From Phoronis australis (taxonomy: Eukaryota > Animalia > Phoronida), in the NCBI GenBank assembly GCA_002633005.1, contig NMRA01000088.1:492186-556185 (forward strand): a stretch of DNA of 64,000 nucleotides, written 5' to 3'. A model generated the notes under the pieces. That model had not been told where the DNA came from, searched no databases, and worked only from the letters and a program-made list of their open reading frames with translations. Shown one piece after another: positions 50,901 to 63,249 of the stretch. The position numbers and the translations under genes are program-made. Position 1 is the first letter of the stretch; the number at the start of each line of letters is the position of its first letter.

Positions 50901-51365
50901 AATGCTTGCTACACAAACCAGATCATCTGCTCGTATTGTTGACGAGTTGAAGATATATTTAACAATGGTGGCTCATCGCATTTTATTATCATGTGCAATT
51001 AGTCACATCAAATTTAATTTGTTGATCAAGAATATTAACATTAAGCATAATCTAGATCCTGGTGAGGTAGGGACTACCGGGACTAACAGTTGATTTGTCA
51101 TTAATCTGAAAGAATAAATGATGTTATCAAATATATTTTTATTAAAATAGAAAAAAATGCTCCTTTTTAAAAGCAAAAATTCTTTGACAATAAATTCTGC
51201 TTTCTTGGTTTTAATAATATTTCACTGTGTTATGATTCAAACATCAATCTGGACCAAGTTGAATTTTAAAATTAAAACACCTAATTCTTTCGTACAAAGC
51301 ATAACCTCGTTTTAGAACTCAATTTCAGTTAACTGGACAGAGCAAGCATAGTTATCATGTTCCGT

Positions 51366-51682
51366 CAGGGACCTCGTTCATCCGAGGGAAAGGTTCCTGT
51401 GCCTACTGCACTAAGGGGAATTTTTTCGCCGAGTGAGGGAAAAAGTCTGCCTCCCGATCACCATCAATAGCACCCCGCCCTGTTGTCTCATAGTCTCTTG
51501 TCTCAAGTTGCGTTTTGTCTCTTTCAAACTGTCGCCTGTGTGATTTGAACTTTCTAGAGAAATTTTCAATCACTAGGGGAGATTGTAGGCCTCGTGGAGG
51601 GAATTTCGTATGATTTTTCAATGTTTTTGAGAGGGTAATAAGGCCGATATTCGGCCCCAAAATCGAGAGATTGAGGGCCCTG
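51366..51682. mobile_element. MITE with CAGGG termini and a near-perfect 5-bp TSD
   Basis: TCCGT|CAGGGACCTC ... GAGGGCCCTG|TCCTT. Confidence 0.55.
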
Positions 51683-51689
51683 TCCTTTT

Positions 51690-51972
51690 TGGAAAGATAA
51701 ATGCACTATGCTTCAACCTGTAGTCATGAAAACACAGCCGGACAGCCGAAGATTCTCCAATGGTTTCTATGATGCTCGGCAACCAAATGCGACAAAATAT
51801 GATCTAACTTTTCGAAAACATTTAAAAATTTTACACGGACATATTTTCCTTCGTCGCAGCGTATGGCAACGACCCAACGCTTTCGAATCTGAACGTCCTT
51901 AGGTATTGTAAAACAGATAGTTGAGTGTCCGTAGTTCGAGCAACGCGGAATACGACTATGCCGATAAGCCAA
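51690..51972 (-). pseudogene. Degenerate THAP domain (transposon relic)
   Basis: PRCSN...CFTIPKDVQIRKRWVVAIRCDEGK resembles THAP FxxPKD...RxxWxxAIRRD. A downstream out-of-frame RLKHSAFIFP resembles the RLKxxAVPTIF box. Confidence 0.6.
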
Positions 51973-53332
51973 CAGAGCTATCGTAGCGAGCCTCGTTTTG
52001 GAATCCGCCTCCTATCGGCGTGAATTAGGTCTATGGCACACGTTTGTATAAGAAACTCGCGTGTTGGTGGACATGACAAACTAGCGCTGAGTACGTTCAT
52101 ACGTAACACTCATGTCAATGAAAGTCAGAAACTTTCAATTACAGCTGTTTTTCTTCTATTTTCTCGTTTTTGGAATATTGAAATCACGGTTGTGACATGC
52201 AGTGTTATAAAGTAATATTTACTCCCAGATATTTAATGATGCTGACAATGTAATCACTTGTAAAACCAAGGTGAATGGTGGTTTCACGCACTTTAAGTAT
52301 TTTTTGTCCAAAACGTTACGGAGAAATTTGGAAAAAAGATCCAGGAGATGCTCGGAATTGACAAAAGAACGAAACATTAAATTTGGGGAAAGGCACCATG
52401 TTTACAGTCATATAACGGTCGTTTCTAATGCAAAACAGTCTACAGACGTCATTTGGTTATACCAATGCGATCGTTAGCTGGGTGTCAGTACACTGAACGT
52501 GCACGGCTAAAATCTGCTCAGATGACGTGTACTGAAAGTCAGTGAACATTTTAGCCTTCGAAAACACAACTTTGGCACAAAAGACTCAAGGAGAGTACTG
52601 CTATGCCTGGAGGTTTGCATTCACCGATATTTTGCGGTTATCTAAAACAAACCTGGTGTCAGAGTCCGAATGACATAAACAGGCTTAAAAGACATTATGC
52701 TGATGACGATGTAGAGAACTAGCAATGGCTTACAAACAAGAAGAACCTCAGATCGAATCCCGATGCAAATCTCCATTACTGCACAAAAAAGTTTTTAAAA
52801 GAAACTAACAGCGTTGCCATAGCGGTCAATACGAAGGTATAAGCGAGCAATGTTGAGAATTGGTGACTCCGAAATATTGGCCGCTGTTGGGTTTATAACT
52901 CTGTCCAAATCATAATAAGCCTAAATAATTAACCCATTCTCGGAATGCGTGACCTATCAGCCTTGGTCGCATTAAGGTTGAGACGCGATCGCTCATCTTC
53001 GCAACACATTAACTAATTATTAAATAGTTTAGCGCGTTAATGAGCCTGCACACGTTGGCGTCTAAAACCTATACGCCTAACAACTGACCAGCTTGCTATT
53101 CTATGCATTGTGCACGTCGCCACTAAAGGCACAAATTAACTCTCGGCGACAAATTTTCTAAAATAGAATCGGTTAAAAGGATGTTTGCACATTGGTACAC
53201 GTATAGGCAAATTGTTATGAAAAGTTCGCGAAGATCTACTAGCCTTCTCATAAGACAGGAAACGAGACTTAGGCTATAGATACTGGGATTACAAAGTAAC
53301 AATTCGCTAATAAGGTAAAAATCAATAAGTAC

Positions 53333-53394
53333 CTGAACTTCGCATTAATTTATCAAATGATTCACTCCACGATTTGATATCTTCTAATGATGGA
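53333..53394 (-). CDS. RGS17/19/20: RZ-family RGS, first RGS-box exon (62 bp)
   Basis: tttcag|T CCA ... TCA G|gtactt. Encodes PSLEDIKSWSESFDKLMRSS. Phases 2 and 1 fit the neighbouring exons. Confidence 0.95.
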
Positions 53395-53980
53395 CTGAAA
53401 GTGAAAATTAGACATGTTACAGTGAACACGTATTTTCATTTATGACAAAAGAGCCAGCGTAATAAAAGTCAGCAGTATCACTTTAGCGGCCAATTACAGA
53501 AATACGTCTTTGGTCATATAAGCTGAGAAAAGCAAGAAAGCCGAGATTGAAGATTTTAATAATGATGCGAGTAAAACCTGCAACATGTAAATTGACAAGT
53601 GGACATTACATATCTGTCATACTGGCTTAATTGTCCCAGTGAGATACATGGAAGACTAATGTGAACTTTATTGGGGATTTATTACTGTTCCAGTGAAAGT
53701 TCTAACTTAAGACACTCCAAAGCAATATGTACACTTGGGGCAGTTTATCAAAGGACGCAGGCCCACTGGAAGCTAAGACTGCCATATCTTTGTAGCTTGT
53801 TGGCACGCTTTTCTTTACAGTGGATCCCGAAGGTGGTCGTTGGGTGTACATTCGGCCTACGCTCGGATTTATCGGCGTTAGCCTCTATCTGAATTTTCCA
53901 GGAGCTACGGCCAGGTGTGCGACATTTGGTGAATCAGGCCCCAGAAGAACAGCATGCGTTGTAGTGGCAACCATACTTAC

Positions 53981-54055
53981 ACTTCCTCTTTTTCAGGCAT
54001 ATTGTCTAATCTTGAATCTTGCCCCACGTTGTTTTTGGCGTTCCGCACTGTTAAA
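53981..54055 (-). CDS. RGS17/19/20: RZ-family RGS, linker exon (75 bp)
   Basis: ccttttcag|T TTA ... GAA GT|gtaagt. Encodes (C)LTVRNAKNNVGQDSRLDNMPEKEE(V). CLTVRN directly after the cysteine string matches RGS17/RGS20. Confidence 0.92.
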
Positions 54056-54540
54056 CTGAAAAGGAAACAATTGAAACTGCTCACGTCAGCACTGAACCAG
54101 GGCAAAGGTTATGCGAGACCTCATTGGCGGGACTACGCATTTAGTCAAATATGTAAACAACTATCGAATTCAACCCAGAACAAATATGTATTTTCTTGAA
54201 CTTTTTTTTGATAACATACCATCTACCTGTAACTGAGTCACGTGACCACCAGTTTTCTTGTGATGTAAATCTCAAAAACGTTAAGGTTCTCTCAGTTCTC
54301 ATTTCGTTTCCCTGTTCGTTTTAATGTACGATTTTTTCAGAACAGTAATATGCGTTCCCTTACGAAAAAGCGGAATACTTTAAAAGCCATTCAAACCACC
54401 GTTTTGGTGAACGTTTCATTTAAATCCGATCAGTCATTTCTTATACTGTACACGACGTTTCTCCGAGGTTTGGTCATTTTTCTATGTCCCCACTTAACCC
54501 TAAAAGTACATTGGCGAACCAGTTTGGCAGTCTTAGAGTT

Positions 54541-54790
54541 CACCATCATCACCTTCTTCATCGTGCACATCATCAGCGTCATCAACACACCTTTCGACAT
54601 AATCTTCATCCATCACCATTATCAACATTATCGTCATCATCATCATCAACATCATCGTCATTCTCATTTTCGTCGTAGTGGTCGCCATCGCATTCATAAT
54701 CATTTTCATCAAAGGCTATCCTCTTTGAATTTATCGTCACCATCATCATCAACAAATCAACATCCTCATTTCTTCGTCGTCGTCGTCATA
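54541..54790. repeat. Degenerate (CAT)n microsatellite in an RGS intron
   Basis: Runs of cat/cac/cgt triplets. Confidence 0.9.
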
Positions 54791-57700
54791 ACCATGTAAA
54801 TGATCACCAACAGTACCGTAATCAATACTAAATGTAGTGTACAATTCAGATGATAAATTTTGTATGAGGATAAGACGACTCATGAAGATGACACGAGTTC
54901 ATTAACACAGAAGCAGTTGATGCATGTACCTGGCTAGGTAACACGAGTAACTTATACATCGCGTCAGTCATGCAACGGTCAACTGAATACATTGTTAGTT
55001 TTTGTTTAATACTTTATTGCCGGTAGTAACTCGAAGTTAAAGACAAACAACCAAATACAAGATTTTATCGATAGTTCGTATTATTTCTAAAGACAAAATC
55101 AATGTTGGTAATAACCCAAACAAATAAATGTATTTTTAAGGAATATATAGGACCAGGACTAATTTGACTCTTACTAAAATGTACACGTACACATCCAGAT
55201 TCACGCATCAAACACGCAACGCGAGACCTGGTATCAGACTTAGGACTAATTAATGTTCAAAAGACAAAAAGTCAAAACTAACCATCTTCCACTGAATTTT
55301 CTATTTTATGAAGTACAAACACTTTTCATCTGAAAGTAATGTGACATCTCCTTCCTAAAATTAAACTTCAATTGAAGGAGTAACATTTCTGAATCTTTAG
55401 AGTAGATGTAATATTTTCCCAAACAAATGCGTAAAGCAATCATGTCTGATTGGTGTAATTTGTCAGAGAACTTATTTCTTCACAAGAGATTAAGAAAATT
55501 TTGGGTTTTTTGCAATAACCGTTGACCGGAACGACTAGGTCACAAAACAATCCAGTAAAGTCGGGATAAAGTTCCTGTTTTTATAAATAGTGCGAAGAAG
55601 TGACCATATCCCAGCTTTGACTAGAAAGTCTTTGTGGCGACAATGCGATAAAGAATACTAATAAAATGCCCTTACATTAGGGTTTGCCGACATTTGTCGT
55701 TGTCCAGCCATTTAACACTTTTTCTCCCTTTCTACAGATTTTTGGTTTTTTGGGAAAGAAAAGCGTAATACTCTCGAACCCTTCAAGACACAATTGTGGA
55801 TGAGCTGAGGAGTCGAAAGATCTCATGGGATCCGTGTTATGAAAAATGACTTAAGACTAAGGCTAAAGACCAAAAATTTCTCTAAGTTAAGATCCAATTT
55901 CGGGCTAAGTTAAGACATAAAATCGACCAGTCTGCTAACTATGGAGGCAGACGACATCGATGATTACTTTAGTGTAAACAAGTTACAACAAAAACTGTAA
56001 GAAACTCGTTTAAAACAAGATCACGCGAGACCACGCAAAATCACGCAAGTGAAAGAGGAGTGTTGCGCGAGTAAATTCAGGAACATTACGGCCACTGAAG
56101 TGATAGGTCGGTGAAGTTGGAATGCTGAATTATTTGAAACAATTCAGTGAATCCGTTTGCATTTCTTGTTTGGCGAATGCCGTGGGTCTGCAAAACGCAT
56201 CCATCTCATCTATCACGTGAGGCATCAGTAAACAGCGGAAGTGCCCCAGCCGAAGTACCAAAAAGATCTCGCAACAAGACGTACACGTACGTAGCACGAA
56301 CTTGCAGTGAGTATGGCTTCTGCTGCTTACGAAGCTGAACAAAATGATTGCAGCCGGCTGAACATGACATAATTATATCTATGCAAAAATGAAAATTACT
56401 TAGAAATCGATACAGAACCACAATCAATTCTAATACTGGCGCAGGTGGTTAGACTGATGCTACAGGAATAGACACTACACTTCGCAATAACCGTGCTGGG
56501 CTGCGTTCGGTAAGTAAGTTTCTCACGAGAGAAGCGAGATCAGTCGCCAGTCCTATGCATTGCCATGTAAGCGCCGGGCAGCCGAAGCAGGAGATCACGC
56601 TGGCTTTCACTCGCGAGAGTCCTGCACCGTGGAACAGGGCCGGCAAGCACGTCACTGGATAAACAAACGCTCTTTTTACGGTTAACGAAAAGCACGGGGC
56701 CAGGGCACGAGTTTGTGGGATATAAGTCCTCCCAATCCCAATCCAGAATCCAGAAAGTGTAGGCAGGCGATCGTCTGCTAGGAAGGCTGTAGCGGATTTT
56801 GGAAGAATAATGTCTGTTTAGTCGTATCTATGATGAGCTGACCCCTGGCTGCTAGAAATACAACTAAAATGACGTGATCTCTAGAAATCGTACATCCTAG
56901 TCAGTGATACGTTTCTCAGTGCTGTGGTAGCTAACTAGAGTTTATAGATCTGCAAACATTGACAAGCTGAAGACTGTCGCAAGTGAATAGACCGCAGTGT
57001 AACATTAGTCAAACTGCACATAATGACAGAACCGAGCACCGAACTCAAGTCACGTGGCAGGCGACCCCCTCAACATAACAGCAGGGACCACGGTCTAATC
57101 TCCGAACTCAGTCTCGACTCAGAATCAGCCTCTAAACTTAACCAATCAAGCCGCAAGGCCTGAGAAAATTTTGCTACCTAACTCAAAGAGTGCCATGCAG
57201 TTGGTCCAGTTGAGCCCCGTCTATATGCAGCATTTTTACATCCGTACATAGATGTAAATATGCATCATAAGCAAATCTACATCCGGATGTAAATGTAAAT
57301 CTCTTGCAATTTTCGAAATAAAAGTCCCAAAGTCTGAACGCTTGAAACCCAATGTACTAATATCAAATAAATGCCCATGGGCATGAGCGTTTCATCGGGT
57401 GAGCCTTTCTGCGGAAATTCCCAGTATAGAAGACGGCAGTGTGCTTATTGCAGGTAGACAGACGGTAGGTGTGGAGGTCGAACTAGGGCTCCTTAGGAGG
57501 CCTATAGAACATCGCACGAGTCCCGCAAGACTTTGTTGTGAAAGAACAGCCTCTCCGCAATTTCTGGTACTGTACACTTTTCGCGAATGCGGTCACTTTC
57601 TCAATGTGAGTGCCCCCTTAGTCATTCCTTGTATAGACATAACTTGTTATATAGTGTGTCTTCAAACGGACTCGCGACCAGCCCACGGCGCCCGCCACAA

Positions 57701-58470
57701 TAGCAATTCTTCGGAAAAAGAATTTTTTTCAAAAATATTACATGTACATGAACACAATATTACATGTACATGTACACTGTACGATATTGCGCAAGACAAC
57801 TTTTCTATACACCAGTTACAAACGTGTTGAGTTTAATAGAATGACACGGCATGGCAGATGAGGTAAAAACGTTGCACGTCAATTCGCATGAATATCAGGG
57901 TTGCGGCACCGCAGTATTTCCCCTAATCAAATCAAAATATATCTTAGAGTAAAGAAGCTAGTTACCTAAAGAAATCAGCTATAGAACTGCTCTTTCAGCG
58001 GTGAATCCATATAAAATGCTTGGCTACTTCAGAAGTGTCGACGGAAGCGCGCGCACAATAAATCCCCGCGAAAAGTTTTCATACGGCCATCACCTGAATG
58101 ACAAATTTTAGATACTCTAATTGAGGCAGTCTAGTAATGGCGCCTACGGAGGTCGCATATCAGTTATACGTTATCGCGTCCGAAATATGTTTCGAGATTT
58201 TTGTTTCAACAGCATTACTCTAGTATTCAGTTATTTTGGTGTGTTGTTACAGACACTGATTATTATATTAGTGGTGTAAACGCACGATGACTGGACCAGG
58301 TCGTAATCATGACGCACTGGCTTTTGGATATTTAGCGTTCAAAGTAAACAACGAACTTTTGCCACAGTGAACCGAAAAGCTGAAATGTCCCGTTGAAGTT
58401 ATCAGTATGCCTCTTAGAGATGGTGCATATCTACTGAAACCGTGGCATAAAAAGCTGTCAATGTTTCGTC

Positions 58471-58666
58471 CAGCAGCAGCAGCAGCAGCAGCACCACCAC
58501 CACCACCACCACCACTACCACCACCACTACCACCACCAGCAGAAGCAGCAGAAGCAGCAGCAGAAGCAAGCATCTGAGCAGCGCCAGCACCAGAGCACCA
58601 ACAGCAAGCAGCAGCAAGCAGCAGCAAGCAACAGCAGCAGCATCATCAGCAGCAACAGCAGCAACA
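58471..58666. repeat. Compound (CAG)n/(CAC)n microsatellite in an RGS intron
   Basis: cagcagcag...caccaccac...gcagcaaca runs. Confidence 0.93.
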
Positions 58667-58720
58667 TGCATAAGTGTAACAAAACGAAAGCCTAAGCGTA
58701 TCATTGGCGAAATGGGAGAA

Positions 58721-58897
58721 CGTTACGCACCTAAATTACGTGCGTGTGTTAATTCTTGTTAAGGGCTTAAAGTCATTATTTGCGGCGAACGCTGCAAACA
58801 ATTACTTTACGCCGTTAAAGTTATTTTACGCCTCTGATGATTACTTTACGTCTCTAACAAAAATTAACTAACGCACGTAATTTATTTGCGTGAAACG
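58721..58897. mobile_element. Hairpin-type MITE
   Basis: Arms ACGCAC.TAAATTACGTGCGT..GTTAATT.TTGTTA and their reverse complement at 58853-58897. Three internal TTA(C/T)TTTACG repeats. Confidence 0.65.
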
Positions 58898-60084
58898 CAT
58901 GGGGAAAGTTTGTCATAGGGTTTCAAATCAATCGAGGTAATGTCACGTTAGTTTGGCAAAAGGTAACTAAAGAACACGGGTAAATTTCAACTAGAAATTA
59001 GGCAGAGTTATCTATTGATTGTGGTCCTCGATTGCTCTGATCGAGGTAAAACAAATCGTCGAAAGACACTAAAGCCTTCCTTGAACGATTTTTTTATTCT
59101 TGATTGATCTGGCAATTTCCGGTGGTCCTAACAATGAACAAGCTAATCACGTAAATTCGATTTAAACATTGAAATACACTTTCAAGTATCCAACTGTGAT
59201 ACGAGTCGCATTACATCTACGCGAGAACAATGAAACAACTGCAGTGGCCGCTGTGGTAATGAGGACGATTAAGATATTGGAGCAAAATGCTATCGACAAC
59301 TTTAAGGTGATTTTGTCCGAATCAATCACGACTACGCTTGGAACCGACAGAATGTTCCTGATTTGCAAGCATGCCTGATATAGAGCTCCTTAAAATGGAG
59401 CGAAGAGCCAGACAACCCGGTCGGTGGGCATAGTGCTGAGACCGACTTACGGATTTGATGATGAGAACTACATGTACATGACGAGTTTTTACCGACAACA
59501 AAGAAAAATAGTGTTGTTTTATTTAGTTCTCTCTGCACTGTATCTGAATAAAAAAGACCCACTTGTTGATCACATGCACGGCCAAACAGATTCGATCAAA
59601 CTTTCGGCCGACTGAAGTTCTCGATCCGATTCTACATGTACGGTCGCTAACCCGGTACGTCAGTTTTCGATAAGTAAAGCATACATGAACATTTCACAAC
59701 AGTGTCCTAGTCCTTATGTATGAGTAAACTGGAAGTCTGATACCATTACAATACAATTGTATTCATTGCCTTTCGTTAGTTTTTTGTAAGCGAATCTTGC
59801 CTCAGCGGGTATACCAAGTCATCGTAAAAGAACCGAATTGTTGCCTCCCAAATCCCGATGGTTACTTTAATTAGATTGATATCATTTCTAGCAAATGCCT
59901 CAGTGATCTTCAGGAAATGAAAGACTTCTCGCGGTGATGTACCCGTTATTTGAACGTGGATCAGTAAAACCGAATTGTGCATCGTTTTACGTTTGAGTTG
60001 TTTAGATTGAAGCTGCAAACATGCTTCAAGTTCATTTAAGGTAGGCAGCCTACACAAATCGCGTGCAAAGGCACGTGCGCTTAC

Positions 60085-60269
60085 CATGAGCAGCTACAGC
60101 AACAGCACCAGCAGAAACAACAATGCTTAGAACCTCGACTGGAGGCTGGAGACGGCGGCGGCGTTTCCACTATGCTGGAATTGCGGTTGTTCCTCATGTT
60201 ATTATGATGTTCTGTGTTGTGGAGTGAGGAAGTGGACGATTGCCCCCTTACAGACACTACACTGCTCAT
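60085..60269 (-). CDS. RGS17/19/20: RZ-family RGS, cysteine-string exon (probable first coding exon; an upstream exon must exist and may be coding)
   Basis: ttttccag|ATG ... TCA TG|gtaagc. Encodes MSSVVSVRG...GSKHCCFCWCCCCSCS(C), the diagnostic RZ cysteine string. The five exons sum to 666 nt (221 aa). Confidence 0.95.
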
Positions 60270-62214
60270 CTGGAAAAGAAAACAGAGTCGAGTTCAAAGT
60301 TGAAATTTCGCTGGTGGATTAACACTATGGCCTTTGAATTTGCTCACTTTGAATTGAGCTACTCCAAAAATATGTCTTAAATCGCTAGGGCAAACAGGGA
60401 ATCGCCAGCTTAACCCCACGCCTGTATCCCCGTATTAGCATAAATGTTGGAACAGCGACATGGTGGGCTACGGTTTTGCCCAGCGTACCTTTTCATGCAA
60501 CCGTAAAAGTATGTAGCTTCTTCGTTGTCTTTTAGGATCACAATCCATTTGCGCAGAGGATGAAATGGGTTATAGGAAAAGAACGACGGCAGAAAATCGA
60601 CCGAAATCTAGAGCTGCAATTAATTTCCCGCTGACAGAATAGATGCAAGTTGTCACCTGATGTCGTGCAGGCGGTAAAATGTAAAACCAAATTGACAGCT
60701 TGACGTCACCGATCAATGCAGACGAAATAAGAACGTGCACTCCTCGTAAACGGTTTATAGCGTCTGTTTTTTTTCTGACCGGTTTGCGACACGGTCGACA
60801 ATTGACTAAAATAATTGCGTTTCAGACCAGTAATGTGATGGCATGACATATGACGTGAGCTTGTAAAATGAATAAAATATCACCCAGTCTTCATCGTCCA
60901 AGACTTCATAACATGCCAGAGAGTGCAAGGTAGGTTTCTAAGTTCAAGTCTGCCTTCAAAACCACAAGGTCAAAGAGGAGGAATGGAGAAGAGAGAGCGA
61001 GATCTGCGTTCAGTTTTTAACACCTTTATGCTATAGAAAACACAGAAGCAAATACACATCTGAAAAGTCTGGTCAATGCTCGATGCGACCTCATATTTTG
61101 TGTGGCGACCTGGGAAAACTCAAAAGTCGCCACTAAGTCACACAATAATTCTCCCGAAATTCGTTTCAAAGTTTGTGATGACTTCCAAACTTTAAATCAC
61201 GAACGGTTTTTTCTTGATTTAATAACTTTGGTTGATTAAAGCATGCATTTCGTGAAATCACTGCATTTGCCACCACATCAATCAGCACACATCGGACGGA
61301 AGTCGGAATTGTTCAGCAAAAATCGGGCAAGATAGGTGAACCACTTGCCTCCAGTGGATGCGATCGTCTGCGTTCCATCTTCGTTGGCAGGAGGAACTGA
61401 GTTAGAGATTGAGCAGTACCTATTTTTTACGGGGAAAATTTGAAGAGATTGGCGTAAGTTTCTGAGAACGGAGTACGACATGAACTTTTTTGTTGTCGAC
61501 GATTTCGACGTCAGTTTTGGCGACCTCAAAATTGGTTTGGCGATATGTGATTTTAACCAAGTCGCCAAATGGCGTCAGGCTAGGTGTTGAGCACTGCGGA
61601 TACAAACAAATCACAAAATCGCTGGAGGAGACATTTGTCGACCATTAAGGAAAGCTAGAAGGCATGTTCTGGTATTAAAACATATTCACAAGCGTGTTTA
61701 CTCAGTCACACCTACAGAACGTCACCGCGTTTTTGTCCTTTAGTTGAATTGAAATTAATTACCATGAATCGTTTGAAATTTTGCTGCTGGAAGCATTTCC
61801 TTGGCGACTAAAACTAATCCGTTATGAGAAACAACGCAACACGGCATGGTCTGAAGCATTGACCAGGCTACCTGCGAGCTCTTCTCAAGTCTAGAAAACA
61901 TTTCTCATCTGCTGAGTAAGGGGACCAAATTTGTAGCAGAAAGTGGCTGATGTCAAAAGTGTTTTTTGCAAAAGAAGCGGGTTTGGCTTCTTTTTTCATG
62001 TTTGGAACGCCACGGTGAGGCAAAAATTTCTTTTATACCTTGTTGCTACACGTTCTCTTGCGTCACGACTATACGTCATCAAAGTGAACGCAAAACTAAA
62101 GATCACCTGCATTGTATTCAAAATATGTCAGGGATTGAAATCCGAAGAAAGATCAGACACGTAGCATTTGCCATTGACTCACACATAGCAGCAATTTGGG
62201 AACAAAGTGCTGTT

Positions 62215-62376
62215 CAGGGGCGGATCCAGGATTTTGAGTTGGGGGGGGGGGCAGGACAGAGTATCAGCCATGATTTTGACCGTCAGACATCCGCACTCCC
62301 GAACTGCCAAATGGAATATGGGATAATTTTAGGGGGGCCATGGCCTCGTTGCCCCCTCCCCCTAAACCCACCACTG
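62215..62376 (+). mobile_element. MITE family A with 5-bp TSD
   Basis: CTGTT|CAGGGGCGGATCCAG ... CCCACCACTG|CTGTT. Confidence 0.85.
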
Positions 62377-63249
62377 CTGTTAGAGCAGTGTTGTTACTGT
62401 TTCACAGTCAACAAGCCTTCAAGAGACAATTTGGTGATCACGTTGCACAAATAACCTTCCTGAGTATCAGTGTTTCGCGTTTCATGCAAGATCTTAGAAA
62501 ATTCGATATAAACACCTTCAAGTATTCATTATCAACTGATTAGAGTGTACATCGTCTTCCATAAAGAAGAAGCCGAATTGTTGAAATACCAGTTATCATC
62601 TTGAAGGATTCCCGCTAAGCTATTTTTTAGTTTTTAAAATTTCGATTCGTATGTATCAAATGTACAGCACACAATATAACTAGATCATAACTTACTTTTA
62701 TATAATAAAAGAGAAATTTTAATTTGAAAGTAAATTTTGCCAATTTCCTTGTTTCCCGCCCCAAGATACATGTATCATGGTTAGTACACAGGTTTGTGAT
62801 CTTACCCAACACAAAATGTGGCTGACGGTCATATGGAAATTGCAACCATAGCGAGCCACACAGCTGTAATTGTTACGGAAACGGTGACAATACAACACAG
62901 TAATTGTTGTAAATCAGACATTAATTCCGTGTTTGAAATATTCGTCTTGTATGGTGAGTCTTTTCGATTCCATAACACTTTCAGTTCTTTCGACTAAGGC
63001 TTGCTGGAAGCCCGAGCAATCAAGGTACGAACCCGGGACATTATTATTGAGTCAGAAATGAAAACAATCATGGTGATGATTTAATAACGGAACAACATAC
63101 ACCAAAAATTTTGAAAGAACTCACCCCAGGATTTTTCAATGTCTTATTTTATTACGCGGTAGGAGAGTTGGCAACGAATCTATCCATTCTGCAGGCATTG
63201 TAGGTTTTTGAATTCCCAATAAAGTTGAACTGTAGGCCTAACTGGTTAA

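Noticed and set aside
54350-54799. His-rich and Ser-rich ORFs
   Set aside because: Translation of a degenerate (CAT)n microsatellite inside an RGS intron, with no supporting gene structure.
57392-57830. GC-richer ORFs on both strands in the first RGS coding intron
   Set aside because: No convincing splice sites or homology that I can recognise.
58307-58704. Poly-Ala/Gly and poly-Leu/Val ORFs resembling a signal peptide or structural protein
   Set aside because: Products of the CAG/CAC microsatellite; the RGS exons join in frame without them.
61074-61596. hAT-like MITE with CA(A/G)TGCTC ends, and the ORFs overlapping it
   Set aside because: Probably a repeat, but there is no TSD and no second copy in the window; the ORFs have no recognisable motifs.
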